DNA of 64,000 nucleotides from Candidatus Bathyarchaeota archaeon (GCA_963720565.1 CAVRFW010000009.1:192001-256000); one strand, 5' to 3'. Shown: positions 9,750 to 20,119, counted from the stretch's first letter. Notes: generated from the letters alone by a model not told the origin. Made by a program: numbers and translations.

Positions 9750-9979
9750 TGAGCAAAGAAGCGAAAGCGTCAGCAGAAGAAGAACTAGTACCTTCAGAAG
9801 TTATTCAAGTAATCGCGCGTACGGGAGTAACCGGAGAAATTTCACAGGTTCGAGTGCGCATCTTAGAAGGAAAGGATAAAGGACGCATAATCACACGAAA
9901 TGTTAAAGGACCCATCCGAGTCCAAGACATCTTAATGCTCAGGGAAACAGAAAGAGAAGCCAAGAAAATCAACAGATAA
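9749..9979 (+). CDS. rps28e: 30S ribosomal protein S28e
   Basis: RTGVTGE, RNVKGP and LRETEREA. Confidence 0.96.
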   Translation: MSKEAKASAEEELVPSEVIQVIARTGVTGEISQVRVRILEGKDKGRIITRNVKGPIRVQDILMLRETEREAKKINR

Positions 9980-10007
9980 AAACAAAGCCATCTTAGAGGA
10001 ATCTTGA

Positions 10008-10205
10008 ATGCCTAAACCACGCAAATGTTCATTTTGCGGAACTGACTTTCCAGCGGGCACAGGGATGATGTTCGTAAAAAACGACGGAGCTCTTTTGTGG
10101 TATTGCTCAGGCAAGTGTAAGAAGAGTTCATTGGGCTTTAAAAGAGACGCACGCAAGCTCAAATGGACAAAATACTTCGGCAAAGAAGAAAAAGGGAAAG
10201 CCTAA
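10008..10205 (+). CDS. rpl24e: 50S ribosomal protein L24e
   Basis: CSFCG...GTG...CSGKC...KWT. Confidence 0.96.
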   Translation: MPKPRKCSFCGTDFPAGTGMMFVKNDGALLWYCSGKCKKSSLGFKRDARKLKWTKYFGKEEKGKA

Positions 10206-10363
10206 ATCTGCAATCAAGACTTACCATAAGTCCATTCCGCACATTTCTTCAGTATTGCATTTACCAAAGGCAGAACGCCCTAGTCTTTCCTATTTCTCAG
10301 CCATTTTTGCGTTTGCTAGTAAAGACTATTACGTCTCTGGTTTAGTCTTTTGGAAAATAGTTT

Positions 10364-10468
10364 TGGTAGCGGGGACTAGATTTGAACTAGTGATCTCTGG
10401 GTCTCTCCGAGCAGCATCTAAGTGCTCTTATGAGCCCAGCGGGTTAATCCTGGCTACCCCACCCCGCT
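10364..10468 (-). tRNA. Initiator tRNA-Met (CAT) with a 26-nt intron at 37/38 (10403-10428) and encoded CCA
   Basis: Acceptor stem AGCGGGG/CCCCGCT with A1-U72, three consecutive G-C pairs in the anticodon stem (CTGGG/CCCAG), T-loop TTCAAAT and a BHB-like intron. Confidence 0.93.
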
Positions 10469-10601
10469 GAATTCGCACCCAAAGCGTTTTTGAATCCTTT
10501 TTATTTACTACCCATTGTCGAATATTAATAGTTTCTTTTTCACTTCTCGGTAAAGCATTTTAGTATCAATCATTAACTCTCTAAGAATGGTGCAGCATTG
10601 A

Positions 10602-11246
10602 ATGGACAAGCCATATTTGCACGAAATATCCAAACCTGACCTCGAGAATCCAGTTTTCGTCCAAGGCTTACCCGGTTTCGGCAATGTCGGAAGGATAGCA
10701 GCGCATCTATTGATTAAATTCTGCGACGCCAAACCTTTTGCTGAGCTGTACTCGCCTTATTTCCCAGACTATGTATCCATAAGCTCAAATGGAATATGCC
10801 ACCTGCCAAAGTACGAGTTCTACTCTGCCCAGATTGAAAAAAACAATCTTGTCATTATGACTGGAGAAACCCAGCCTTCATTTGATGATGTCCTGGCACA
10901 CTACAACATCTGCGGAGACATTTTGGATTTTGCCCAAAAAATAGGTTGCGGCTTCATAGTAACTATGGGCGGAGTTCCAATAACAGAAGACAAAACACAG
11001 GTGTATGTAGCAGCTACATCGCCGAGTCTCGCAACCGAATTTATGGAGAAAGGGGCAGTAATATATAGCAAAGGCAGAATAGTAGGTGGAACTGGACTTA
11101 CTCTGGCACTGGCAAAAGAGCGAAAGCTTGAGGGCATTTGTTTGCTTGGGGCCACAACAGGTTTCAAGGCTGATCGCGGTGCAGGATTCATGGTTTTCAA
11201 GTTCTTAATGAAGACCTTAGGAAAAGAGATAAAAGAAGGGTTATAA
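10602..11246 (+). CDS. PAC2-family proteasome assembly chaperone-like protein
   Basis: GLPGFGNVGRIAA, LYSPYFP and GICLLGAT. Confidence 0.85.
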   Translation: MDKPYLHEISKPDLENPVFVQGLPGFGNVGRIAAHLLIKFCDAKPFAELYSPYFPDYVSISSNGICHLPKYEFYSAQIEKNNLVIMTGETQPSFDDVLAHYNICGDILDFAQKIGCGFIVTMGGVPITEDKTQVYVAATSPSLATEFMEKGAVIYSKGRIVGGTGLTLALAKERKLEGICLLGATTGFKADRGAGFMVFKFLMKTLGKEIKEGL

Positions 11247-11286
11247 GAAAAACAGTGCACCTAGATAACAAGAGAGTTGTGTTAAG

Positions 11287-11517
11287 ATGAATGAGAATAG
11301 CAGTATTGGCGGGTTCGATTTGGACTCCAAATTCTGGAGAATCATAATGGTCATCGTGGCGGTTTTTCTAATATTTATCGGTCCAACATACGTATCCTAC
11401 CTGCTGAGCGATGTTCTTAGAATAGACTATGTTGCCTCATTGGTTGTCGGACTCGTCCTTTTCGCATTGGGCTTAGCACTGATAGTGTTTCTGACTCGAA
11501 AGAAAATCCTTACTTAA
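11287..11517 (+). CDS. Small membrane protein (two predicted TM helices)
   Basis: Two hydrophobic segments and a basic C-terminus. Confidence 0.65.
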   Translation: MNENSSIGGFDLDSKFWRIIMVIVAVFLIFIGPTYVSYLLSDVLRIDYVASLVVGLVLFALGLALIVFLTRKKILT

Positions 11518-11522
11518 TTTTT

Positions 11523-11578
11523 GCCTCAGATACCCCAGGGTGCATCATCACAATCAGCTTTTTGGATTCTTCATCGGC
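11523..11578 (-). ncRNA. Box C/D methylation guide sRNA
   Basis: Minus strand reads GCC G ATGAAGA(C) ATCCAAAAAG CTGA(D') TTG TGATGA(C') TGCACCCTGGGGTAT CTGA(D) GGC: all four boxes in order, a terminal GCC/GGC stem, 56 nt, intergenic. Confidence 0.8.
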
Positions 11579-11666
11579 GTACTCTAGGAACCAGAAACAG
11601 TTTTATTAACCATTCTTCGGCCTAACCTAGAAAGGCATATAAAATATTTCTGCAGATATACTTGTT

Positions 11667-12251
11667 ATGCAGCCAGGAAACAGGAAACGACTGGATGAAA
11701 TCACAAACAAGAATCAGGAAACGGCAAAAAGAACAACAATCATACTGGAAAAAGAAGAAAGAGAATACATAGACTCGCTTATAAGAGAAGGAAAAGAACC
11801 AGGGATTAAACCGCTCATCAGCAAAATGCTCAATATTCATAGAAACCTCACGATCTATGATTGGCGTTTTCCAGGAGAGTACTATTGCGGAATAAGCCGC
11901 ATAGCCATCGTAAACGTGGAACTACTGAACATTCTCACTCAACAAATCCCAAAGGAGAAATGGCGTGAAATCGGGAGAAAAATGGGCAGCGCCCTCAAAG
12001 TTTCACTCGAAACAACATTAGGACTTCAAACAACGCAACGCGAGAACTGGCAAAACGTGTTTGACAGATTAAAAGTTCAAGGCTTCGGGGACTTCTTTCT
12101 TAAAGACAAGTATCTCCTTCTAAAAACGCCATTTATTTCTGAGGTGGAAATTTGGCAAGGAATCTTAGAAAACCTTTTCGAGATAGAATTGGACATAAAA
12201 AACTCTGTGCCGCCAATGGTTTTTCAGATAAAAAACAAAGTCATTTCATAG
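11667..12251 (+). CDS. Hypothetical protein, possible ribbon-helix-helix plus V4R-like regulator
   Basis: RTTIILEKEEREYIDSLI resembles an RHH strand-helix; the C-terminal part has IGRKMG and QGFGDF, resembling V4R-type domains. Confidence 0.5.
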   Translation: MQPGNRKRLDEITNKNQETAKRTTIILEKEEREYIDSLIREGKEPGIKPLISKMLNIHRNLTIYDWRFPGEYYCGISRIAIVNVELLNILTQQIPKEKWREIGRKMGSALKVSLETTLGLQTTQRENWQNVFDRLKVQGFGDFFLKDKYLLLKTPFISEVEIWQGILENLFEIELDIKNSVPPMVFQIKNKVIS

Positions 12252-12539
12252 ATAACACAAATAGTTCCTGGGCTGGTGCAGAAAATGTTAAGATGGAATA
12301 GTTTATTAGAGAGACATCAGCTTAAGGTGCTTTCCAGTGGTAAATGATGAGGGATTGTGTTCATCAAAGGCGATTGCATTCATCTCAAGCAGAGGCAATC
12401 CATATAACTCGTTTCTAAACGAAAAGAAATTTAGCAAAATAAGCCTAGTCCCTCATGAGATGTGGCGTTTTTTTAACCAAGAATTTTGTTTAGTGTTAAG
12501 GTCAAATGTTAATACAAACATAAGAACAAGGTGCAAAAA

Positions 12540-13538
12540 ATGGAAAAAGTGAAGTTTGCAATACCTGCCGGCTCATTAGCCAAAGCGACTTTTGAAATAC
12601 TTCAGCGTTCCGGATACAAAGTGTCAGGACAGGAACGTACATATCGTCCTACGATAAACGACCCCAAAATCGAACTGAAAATCCTGCGACCTCAAGAAAT
12701 TCCCGTTTTCATCAGCGAAGGATTACAAGACGTAGGCATAACAGGTCAAGATTGGATTCGAGAAACCGGTGCTGATGTAGAAGTGCTTCAGAATTTGGAA
12801 TACGGAAAAATTAAGCTTATCGTAGCTGTTCCAAAAAGCTTCAAAACCAACTCGATCACTGACCTGATGGAACAATTATGGAGCAGAAGCAAGAATTTTA
12901 GAGTTTCAACCGAATACTTGAACATCGCCGCAGAATACATAAGGAATAATCCAGCTTACCGAAAGAGCTTCGGTGAATCAGAACCGTTGATTGTGACACC
13001 CTGGTGGAAGAAGGGTGACAACCCTCGAGCGAAAATATTCTTGTCATTCGGCGCTACGGAAGCCAAACCGCCGGAAAACTCGGACTGCATTATCGACGTG
13101 ACTGAAACTGGATCAACCATAGATGCAAATAATCTCAAAATTATCGACACAGTGATGAATTCTTCAGCAGTTCTGGTAGCAAACAAGAATTCATTAAAAG
13201 ACCCACAGAAGAAGGAGAAAATACTAGACATTCTAACTTTGCTCAAAGGAGTAGTTGATGGTTCTAAACGCATTCACATATTCGTCAACGTAAGAAAAGC
13301 CAACCTGCAGAAACTTCTCACGGAACTGCCTGCTTTGAAGAACCCGACAATAGCTCCATTGGCAGATGAAGCCTGGTGTTCAGTTAATACAATCGTCGAA
13401 AAAGATCTTCTAATTGAGCTATTACCCAGAATCCGCAAACTCGCTCAAGGGATAGTTGTTTACGAACCGAGGCAAGTGCTGGCTTTAGACCAGATAACCA
13501 AGAGAGAGAACACTAAATGTCCAACAAAGCCTACGTGA
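12540..13538 (+). CDS. hisG: ATP phosphoribosyltransferase, long form
   Basis: RPQEIP, DVGITGQDW, FGATEA, DVTETGST and a C-terminal regulatory domain. Confidence 0.95.
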   Translation: MEKVKFAIPAGSLAKATFEILQRSGYKVSGQERTYRPTINDPKIELKILRPQEIPVFISEGLQDVGITGQDWIRETGADVEVLQNLEYGKIKLIVAVPKSFKTNSITDLMEQLWSRSKNFRVSTEYLNIAAEYIRNNPAYRKSFGESEPLIVTPWWKKGDNPRAKIFLSFGATEAKPPENSDCIIDVTETGSTIDANNLKIIDTVMNSSAVLVANKNSLKDPQKKEKILDILTLLKGVVDGSKRIHIFVNVRKANLQKLLTELPALKNPTIAPLADEAWCSVNTIVEKDLLIELLPRIRKLAQGIVVYEPRQVLALDQITKRENTKCPTKPT

Positions 13539-14821
13539 AGATCTGGAAAGCCTCGACGTTGCCTCCGTACTGGTTCAGAAGGCAACCCCCAGAGCGGAAA
13601 GTGGCAGAACAAATCGACAACGAGGTCAAAGCAATTATAGACAAAGTCGCGAAGAGCGGAGACTCCGCATTGTTTGAACTCGCAAACAGATTTGACAAAG
13701 CCCAAATAGACAGCCAAAATCTAAGGGTTTCCCCCAAAGAAATTGAAGAAGCCTATGATGAAGTCAGCGAAAAGCAGGTTTCCGCAATAAAGTTCATGAA
13801 AGATAAAGTAAGTTGCTTTGAAAAGAAAATCTTTAGCCAAGCCGGTTTCGAGACTTACAAAAACGATATCAAGGTCCAAAGCGTGCTTCGCCCAATCGAG
13901 AGTGTTGGTTGTTACGTTCCAGGAGGTCGAGCTGTTTATCCAAGCACACTAGTCATGACCGTGATCCCAGCCAAGGTAGCAGGAGTTCCGAGAATCGTTG
14001 TTTGCTCACCGCCAAACACCAGAGGCAAGGTGAATCCCTTAGTTCTGGTCGCGGCGGATATCTGCGGAGTGAACGAAATCTTCAAGGTTGGGGGAGCACA
14101 AGCAATTGCAGCCTTAGCTTATGGAACAAAAACTATCTCGCCGGTCAAGAAAATTGTTGGCCCTGGAAATAAATACGTTACTACGGCCAAGATTATGGTC
14201 TCAAAGGATGTGGCAATAGATATGCCCGCTGGACCCAGCGAGATATTGATTTTGGCCGATGAAACAGCCAATCCTGAGTTCATCGTTCTCGATATGATAT
14301 CTCAAGCTGAACACGGCTATGATAGCGTTGCTGGACTTATAACCACTTCGAAGGCAATCGCAGATGAAGTGCAACGTTCGCTTGAAGAAAAAACATGCGT
14401 TGTGAAACGTGCGGAAATTGTTGCAAAGTCTATAGAGAAATACGCTTTCATAATAACCTGCAACGAAATTGAAGAAGCCATCAAGTTAGCGAATGTTTTT
14501 GCTCCTGAACACATTGAAATAATGGCTTGTAACCCCCGAAAAATAGCAGAGAAAATTACATCAGCTGGACTTATCCTCATAGGACCCTATAGCCCTGTGG
14601 CTTTGAGCGATTACGGCAGCGGAACCAATCATGTTCTGCCCACAGGTGGTTTCGGGCATGTCTACTCAGGCTTATCTGCATTTGATTTCGCTAGAAGGAT
14701 AAGTATAGTTGAGAGTTCAAAAGAAGGATTGCTAAGCGTCGCCTCCCGTGTGAAGGTGATGACTGAAGCGGAAAACCTTCCTAATCACTACAAAGCCGTT
14801 GAAAAGAGGCTCAAGAAATGA
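13517..14821 (+). CDS. hisD: Histidinol dehydrogenase
   Basis: GCYVPGG, GGAQAIAALAYG, DMPAGPSE, SQAEH and GTNHVLPT. Confidence 0.97.
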   Translation: MSNKAYVKIWKASTLPPYWFRRQPPERKVAEQIDNEVKAIIDKVAKSGDSALFELANRFDKAQIDSQNLRVSPKEIEEAYDEVSEKQVSAIKFMKDKVSCFEKKIFSQAGFETYKNDIKVQSVLRPIESVGCYVPGGRAVYPSTLVMTVIPAKVAGVPRIVVCSPPNTRGKVNPLVLVAADICGVNEIFKVGGAQAIAALAYGTKTISPVKKIVGPGNKYVTTAKIMVSKDVAIDMPAGPSEILILADETANPEFIVLDMISQAEHGYDSVAGLITTSKAIADEVQRSLEEKTCVVKRAEIVAKSIEKYAFIITCNEIEEAIKLANVFAPEHIEIMACNPRKIAEKITSAGLILIGPYSPVALSDYGSGTNHVLPTGGFGHVYSGLSAFDFARRISIVESSKEGLLSVASRVKVMTEAENLPNHYKAVEKRLKK

Positions 14822-15939
14822 ATCTGCAAAGCCAAAAGTGGCTGGATGAAAAGCTTGCAAGAATAGCTACACTCGAAAGCTATACCCCTGAAAAAACTGT
14901 TGAAGGCGTTGTGAAACAGTTCGGTCTTTCGCCTGGCGAGATTGTGAAACTTAACTTCAACGAAAACCTGTACATCCCAGGGGAAAAACTCGTTGTATTG
15001 ATGAAAGAAGTGGCGGAAGAGTGCGACTTGAGGCTCTATCCGCAAGAAGAAGAACAAAGACTGCGCGATGCCCTAGGTGACTACCTAAAACTTTCGCGGG
15101 TTTGCACAGCTGTCGGAAACTCGAGCGATGAAGTAATGGACAGAATCACCAGACTCTTCCTGGAGAAGGGCGACACAGCTGTCACGTTCTCGCCAACATT
15201 CAGCGTTTTCAAGTATTGTGTCCAATATCAAGGTGCAGGCTACATTGCGGTTCCACTGAAGAAGAGATTCAACCTCGATGTTGAGTCTATGGTTGCCGCA
15301 TTCACTCCTAAAACGAAGCTACTCTATCTGTGTTCCCCGAACAACCCAACTGGAAATCAGCTTGAACTTAAGGATGTTGAGGCTCTTATCGAGGTGTTCC
15401 CAGGCATCGTTATGGTTGACGAAGCATACGGAGAATATGCAGACTACTCCGTGATTCCCCTGATTAACAAATACGAAAACCTTGTTGTGCTGCGAACGTT
15501 CTCGAAAGCCTTCGGACTGGCAGGGCTAAGGCTTGGCTACGCCGTAGCAAATCCGACACTTGCTAACGCCATTAACAAGATACCTGCTCCTTACGCCATA
15601 AACGCTGTCACATTGACTATGGGCAGGAAACTCTTAGAAAACATTGCAATGGTGAGAGAAGCAGTCTCCGCGTCAAAGATTGAACGCGAAAAACTGACAA
15701 GATCCCTTAACGAGATAGCAGGCGTTGAAGCGTTCGATTCTTCAGCAAACTTTGTGCTGTTCAATGTAGGAAAACCATTTGAGGGTGTCTACCTGAACTT
15801 GCTTGAAAAGGGCTTGATAATCAAGAAGCTCGGAAGGCTCTTAGACTACAATAACTGCCTCAGAGTAACGGTGGGATTGCCTGAAATGAACGTAAGAATT
15901 CTAAACGCTCTTAGAGAGTATTTGAGTGATACACCATGA
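14818..15939 (+). CDS. hisC: Histidinol-phosphate aminotransferase
   Basis: NEN, SPNNPTG, DEAY and RTFSKAFGLAGLRLGY. Confidence 0.95.
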   Translation: MNLQSQKWLDEKLARIATLESYTPEKTVEGVVKQFGLSPGEIVKLNFNENLYIPGEKLVVLMKEVAEECDLRLYPQEEEQRLRDALGDYLKLSRVCTAVGNSSDEVMDRITRLFLEKGDTAVTFSPTFSVFKYCVQYQGAGYIAVPLKKRFNLDVESMVAAFTPKTKLLYLCSPNNPTGNQLELKDVEALIEVFPGIVMVDEAYGEYADYSVIPLINKYENLVVLRTFSKAFGLAGLRLGYAVANPTLANAINKIPAPYAINAVTLTMGRKLLENIAMVREAVSASKIEREKLTRSLNEIAGVEAFDSSANFVLFNVGKPFEGVYLNLLEKGLIIKKLGRLLDYNNCLRVTVGLPEMNVRILNALREYLSDTP

Positions 15940-16511
15940 GAGAAGACCAAGTTTACAGAAAAACAAAGGAAACAGAAGTCAAGTTGAAAGTAAACCTTGA
16001 CGGGGAAGGAAAAGTAGAAGCTAAAACGGGGATATCTTTCTTTGATCATATGCTTACTTCACTCGCGACACACAGCCTAATAGACATAACAGCCGAAGTG
16101 AAGGGCGATTTGAGGCATCATTCAGTCGAAGACCTTGCCATAGGCTTGGGAGAGGCACTGAATAAGGCATTAGGCAACAGAGAAGGAATAACCCGTTTCG
16201 GATACGCAATAACTCCCATGGATTGCTCCTTGGCGTTTGCAGCTGTGGATCTAGTCAAACGTCCATACTTCAAGGTTGACCTGAAATTAAGAGGTAAGAA
16301 AATCGAAGACATGACCACTGAAGACATCAACCACTTCTTTGAAACGCTTGCAACTTCGCTTTGCGCGAATATTCACATTTTTGTTCACTATGGCAGTAAC
16401 GACCATCACAAGGCAGAAGCAGCAATCAAAGCGCTCGCGCTTTCTCTAAGGCAGGCAGTAGCTTTCGACCAGAGAAGAAGAGGTGTGCCAAGCTCCAAAG
16501 GAGTTATTTAA
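15936..16511 (+). CDS. hisB: Imidazoleglycerol-phosphate dehydratase (monofunctional)
   Basis: FFDHML, HHSVED, NDHHKAEA and PSSKG. Confidence 0.96.
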   Translation: MREDQVYRKTKETEVKLKVNLDGEGKVEAKTGISFFDHMLTSLATHSLIDITAEVKGDLRHHSVEDLAIGLGEALNKALGNREGITRFGYAITPMDCSLAFAAVDLVKRPYFKVDLKLRGKKIEDMTTEDINHFFETLATSLCANIHIFVHYGSNDHHKAEAAIKALALSLRQAVAFDQRRRGVPSSKGVI

Positions 16512-17116
16512 TGCCGGAAGTAGTCATATTTGACTATGGCGTTGGCAACCTTCTCAGCTTGAAATGCGCTCTAGAAAAAGTTGGAGTTGAAGCAAAAATC
16601 AGCGTATTCCCAAAACACCTAAAAAACGCAGATGCCATAGCCTTACCCGGAGTAGGCAACTTTTCAGCTGCCATTTCAAGACTTGACACCGTAAAAGATG
16701 CGCTACTTGAAGCAGTTGAAAGAGGAACGCCACTCATAGGAATATGCCTCGGTTTGCAGTTGTTCTTTCAGCAAAGCGAAGAAGGTCCAGGAGCAGGCTT
16801 AGCACTATTTAATGGCAAGAATATTAAGTTAAAAGGTTCCGTTAAGGTGCCGCATATGGGTTGGAATACGCTCCGAATAACAAAACAAAACGAGCTTTTT
16901 GAAGGCGTTGGTGACGGGTCTTACGTGTACTTTGTCCACTCGCATTACCCGGTGCCTGCTGATGAACGGATTGTGGCGGCAGAAACGGAATATGACGTAA
17001 CTTTCACTTCAGCCGTCGTCAGCGAGAATGTTTACGGTACTCAATTTCACCCCGAGAAATCAGGCGACATAGGATTGAAAATTCTGAGCAACTTCGCCAA
17101 AATAATACGCAGGTGA
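16511..17116 (+). CDS. hisH: IGP synthase glutaminase subunit
   Basis: DYGVGN, PGVG, GICLG and QFHPEKS. Confidence 0.96.
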   Translation: MPEVVIFDYGVGNLLSLKCALEKVGVEAKISVFPKHLKNADAIALPGVGNFSAAISRLDTVKDALLEAVERGTPLIGICLGLQLFFQQSEEGPGAGLALFNGKNIKLKGSVKVPHMGWNTLRITKQNELFEGVGDGSYVYFVHSHYPVPADERIVAAETEYDVTFTSAVVSENVYGTQFHPEKSGDIGLKILSNFAKIIRR

Positions 17117-17850
17117 AACGTGACTTGCAGGTAATTCCGGCAATCGATTTGATGAACGGCAAGATTGTCCGATTATCCCGCGGCGACCCAAAAACCGCAA
17201 AGAGTTATGGTCAATTCGGCGGTCCTGTTGAAACTGCAAACAGGTGGAAACAAGAAGGTGCCGAGAAACTGCATATCATTGATTTGGACGCGGCTTTTGG
17301 CCTCGGGAACAATCTCAAGTCAATACTGGAAATCGCGAATAACTTGTCTTTGCCCATTCAGGTTGGTGGCGGTCTCCGAAAAACAGAAGACATCGAAAGA
17401 ATGCTTAGACTCGGAGTAAGCCAAGTCATTCTAGGCGCTTTGGCATTTAGCAAACCACAGACATTAACGCATATTCAAAAGAAATTTGGAGAGAGCAGAG
17501 TGATAGTCGCTTTAGATAATAGGGATGGACAAATAATGATTGAAGGATGGAAAACTCCAGCAGGTTCCGGTATGAAAGAAGCGATGGAAAGATTCACTGC
17601 ACTAGGTATTAGCACGTTTCTCGTTACTTCCATAACAAAGGATGGTATGCTTTCCGGACCCGATGTTGAAACACTAAGCGAAGCATGCAAGCACGTGAAT
17701 GCAAAGGTTATTGCTGCCGGCGGCATAGGTCGCTTGGATGATTTGACGATTTTGAAGAAAATCGGCATCGAAGGCGTCGTGATTGGCAAAGCCCTCTACG
17801 AGGGTAGATTCACGCTGAAAGAAGCTATAGAAACTGCGGGAGGAACTTAG
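17113..17850 (+). CDS. hisA: ProFAR isomerase
   Basis: IPAIDL, HIIDLD, QVGGGLR and DGMLSGPD. Confidence 0.95.
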   Translation: MKRDLQVIPAIDLMNGKIVRLSRGDPKTAKSYGQFGGPVETANRWKQEGAEKLHIIDLDAAFGLGNNLKSILEIANNLSLPIQVGGGLRKTEDIERMLRLGVSQVILGALAFSKPQTLTHIQKKFGESRVIVALDNRDGQIMIEGWKTPAGSGMKEAMERFTALGISTFLVTSITKDGMLSGPDVETLSEACKHVNAKVIAAGGIGRLDDLTILKKIGIEGVVIGKALYEGRFTLKEAIETAGGT

Positions 17851-17851
17851 A

Positions 17852-18655
17852 GTGACTTTAGCGAAACGTATAGTTCCATGTTTGGATGTGGAATCTGGAA
17901 AAGTCGTGAAAGGAATAAACTTTCTGAACCTCAGAAGAGCAGGTGACCCCGTCGAGTTGGCCAAGAGGTACTCTGATGAAGGTGCGGACGAGCTTGTGTT
18001 TCTTGACATAACGGCATCGTCGGAAAACAGAGATATACTGCGAGTCGTCGTTGAGGGCGTGGCGAGGGCAATCAACATACCGTTCACCGTAGGTGGAGGA
18101 ATACGCAGTGTTTCGGATGCCAGGCTCGTACTTTGCAGCGGGGCAGACAAGGTTTCAGTGAATACGGCAGCGGTTGAAAACCCACAACTGGTAACAAAAC
18201 TCGCCGAAGTCTTCGGACAACAATGCGTGGTAGTGGCCATTGACGCGAAAAGAAGACGCGATCAAACTGATGGAAAGGTAACAGTGGAAACGCGCGAAGG
18301 TCCAGTTTGGTTTGAGGTCTACACGTATGGAGGAAGAAAACCGACCGGTAAAGACGCGGTACAATGGGCTCTCAATGCTGTGGAGCTAGGCGCAGGAGAG
18401 TTTCTAGTAACCTCCATGGATAGGGACGGAACAGAGGATGGCTACGACTTAGAACTGACCCGCACAATTTCAGAAAGAGTGAATATCCCGATAATCGCAA
18501 GCGGTGGAGCTGGCAGACCTGAACATTTCCTCGAAGTGTTCACGAAAGGCAAAGCTGACGCGGCATTGGCAGCGTCTGTATTTCACTACAACAAGTATCC
18601 TGTTCCTGTGTTAAAAGCGTTCTTGGAAAAGCAGGGAGTTGTGGTTAGACATTGA
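17852..18655 (+). CDS. hisF: IGP synthase cyclase subunit
   Basis: [25 protein letters not shown] and ALAASVFH. Confidence 0.97.
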   Translation: MTLAKRIVPCLDVESGKVVKGINFLNLRRAGDPVELAKRYSDEGADELVFLDITASSENRDILRVVVEGVARAINIPFTVGGGIRSVSDARLVLCSGADKVSVNTAAVENPQLVTKLAEVFGQQCVVVAIDAKRRRDQTDGKVTVETREGPVWFEVYTYGGRKPTGKDAVQWALNAVELGAGEFLVTSMDRDGTEDGYDLELTRTISERVNIPIIASGGAGRPEHFLEVFTKGKADAALAASVFHYNKYPVPVLKAFLEKQGVVVRH

Positions 18656-18984
18656 AAAATGATGATTTGTTCAAAAAACTTGATTTCAATAAGGGTAATG
18701 GCCTTATCCCAGTGATTGTTCAGGAAGCAGATACGAAGGAATTGCTAATGCTAGCTTACGCGAACGAAGAAGCGCTTAGAAAGACTCTGAGCACGGGATA
18801 CGCGCATTACTGGAGTCGTTCTCGGAATAAGCTGTGGCTGAAAGGCGAGACCTCAGGGCACACGCAGAAAATCAAGAGTATCCTAACAGACTGCGACTAC
18901 GACACGCTGTTGTACATAGTAGAACAGAAGGGTCCTCCATGCCACACTGGGAAAGACACATGTTTCCATAACAAGCTAAAATAA
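18652..18984 (+). CDS. hisI: Phosphoribosyl-AMP cyclohydrolase (no HisE domain)
   Basis: SRSR..LW.KGETSG, DCDYD and CHTG..TCF. Confidence 0.95.
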   Translation: MKNDDLFKKLDFNKGNGLIPVIVQEADTKELLMLAYANEEALRKTLSTGYAHYWSRSRNKLWLKGETSGHTQKIKSILTDCDYDTLLYIVEQKGPPCHTGKDTCFHNKLK

Positions 18985-19063
18985 TAGACAATAGTTTTAA
19001 AGAAAAAACACTATTCCTAGTGGGGAGAATAATTCAGCTTTTATACGGATTGGTGAAGACTAA

Positions 19064-20119
19064 ATGACACTTCATGAAGCGATGCTTTACAAAAAGCAGA
19101 ATGACAAAAAAGTCAAGTGCCATTTATGCGCTCGCCGTTGCCTCATAAATGAAGGTGCAACTGGGTTTTGTTTGGTGAGAAAAAATGAAGGTGGAACCCT
19201 TTTCACTCTTAATTATGGCAAAGCAGTGTCAGCAGCTGTCGACCCAATAGGCAAGAAACCGTTGTCCCACTTCCACCCTGGCGCTCAGGTGATGTCTATC
19301 GCTGCGGCCGGCTGCAATTTCCGCTGTCAATTCTGTGACAACTGGATGGTCAGCCAAGACAAGGAAATCGGCGGTAAACCTTTTTCTTCCGCAGATGTCG
19401 TGAAGATGGCAAGAGAGAGAAATTGCCACGGAATCAGCTACACCTACACAGAACCGACGATTTACATGGAGTACGCTTATGACACGGCGAAACTCGCCCA
19501 TCAAGTCGGTTTCTTCAACAATTTTGTGACTAATGGATACATGACGCCTGAAGCCGTTAAGGTAATCGCCCCATACTTAGATGCGGCAACAGTTGACTTC
19601 AAAGCAGGAGGAGACCCTGACTTCTACAAGAACGTCTCTGCCGTCCCTGATGTAACGCCCATTTATGAAGCATTAAAAGAACTAAAACTAAACGATGTCC
19701 ACATCGAAATCACGAATTTGGTCATACCTAAGACAGGCGATTCTCTGGATAAAATACGCGATATGGCCATGTGGATTAAGAACTACCTGGGAAAAGATAC
19801 ACCTTTTCACCTGTTGCGTTTTCACCCAGACTACAAAATGACAACAGTTCCCGCAACACCTGTAGAAACTTTGGAAAAAGCGTATATGGTGGCAAAGGAG
19901 GCTGGACTAAACTACGCGTATCTTGGCAATGTACCAGGGCATCCAGCAGAGAATACTTACTGCCCAAACTGCAATGAACTTTTGATTAAAAGGTACAGTT
20001 TTGAGATCACCCGCTGGAACCTGACGAAGGGTATGCAATGTCCCGTTTGCAATCATCAGATTCCAATTAGGGGGAATCTGCATCCAGCAGGCGCTTCTTT
20101 TCCATATGCCTTGTTTTAA
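19064..20119 (+). CDS. amrS: AmmeMemoRadiSam-system radical SAM enzyme
   Basis: N-terminal CHLC..C, DPI.KKPL.HF, CNFRCQFC, YTYTEP and RFHPDY. Confidence 0.88.
   Translation: MTLHEAMLYKKQNDKKVKCHLCARRCLINEGATGFCLVRKNEGGTLFTLNYGKAVSAAVDPIGKKPLSHFHPGAQVMSIAAAGCNFRCQFCDNWMVSQDKEIGGKPFSSADVVKMARERNCHGISYTYTEPTIYMEYAYDTAKLAHQVGFFNNFVTNGYMTPEAVKVIAPYLDAATVDFKAGGDPDFYKNVSAVPDVTPIYEALKELKLNDVHIEITNLVIPKTGDSLDKIRDMAMWIKNYLGKDTPFHLLRFHPDYKMTTVPATPVETLEKAYMVAKEAGLNYAYLGNVPGHPAENTYCPNCNELLIKRYSFEITRWNLTKGMQCPVCNHQIPIRGNLHPAGASFPYALF

Noticed and set aside
10281..10350. AAAGACTA able to pair with either of two TAGTCTTT copies between rpl24e and the tRNA
   Set aside because: 8-bp AT-rich arms; possibly a terminator but not distinguishable from chance. 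No att site or integrase at the tRNA.
12337..12552. Possible His leader peptide or C/D sRNA (ATGATGA near 12344) before hisG
   Set aside because: No run of His codons and no properly spaced CTGA D box.
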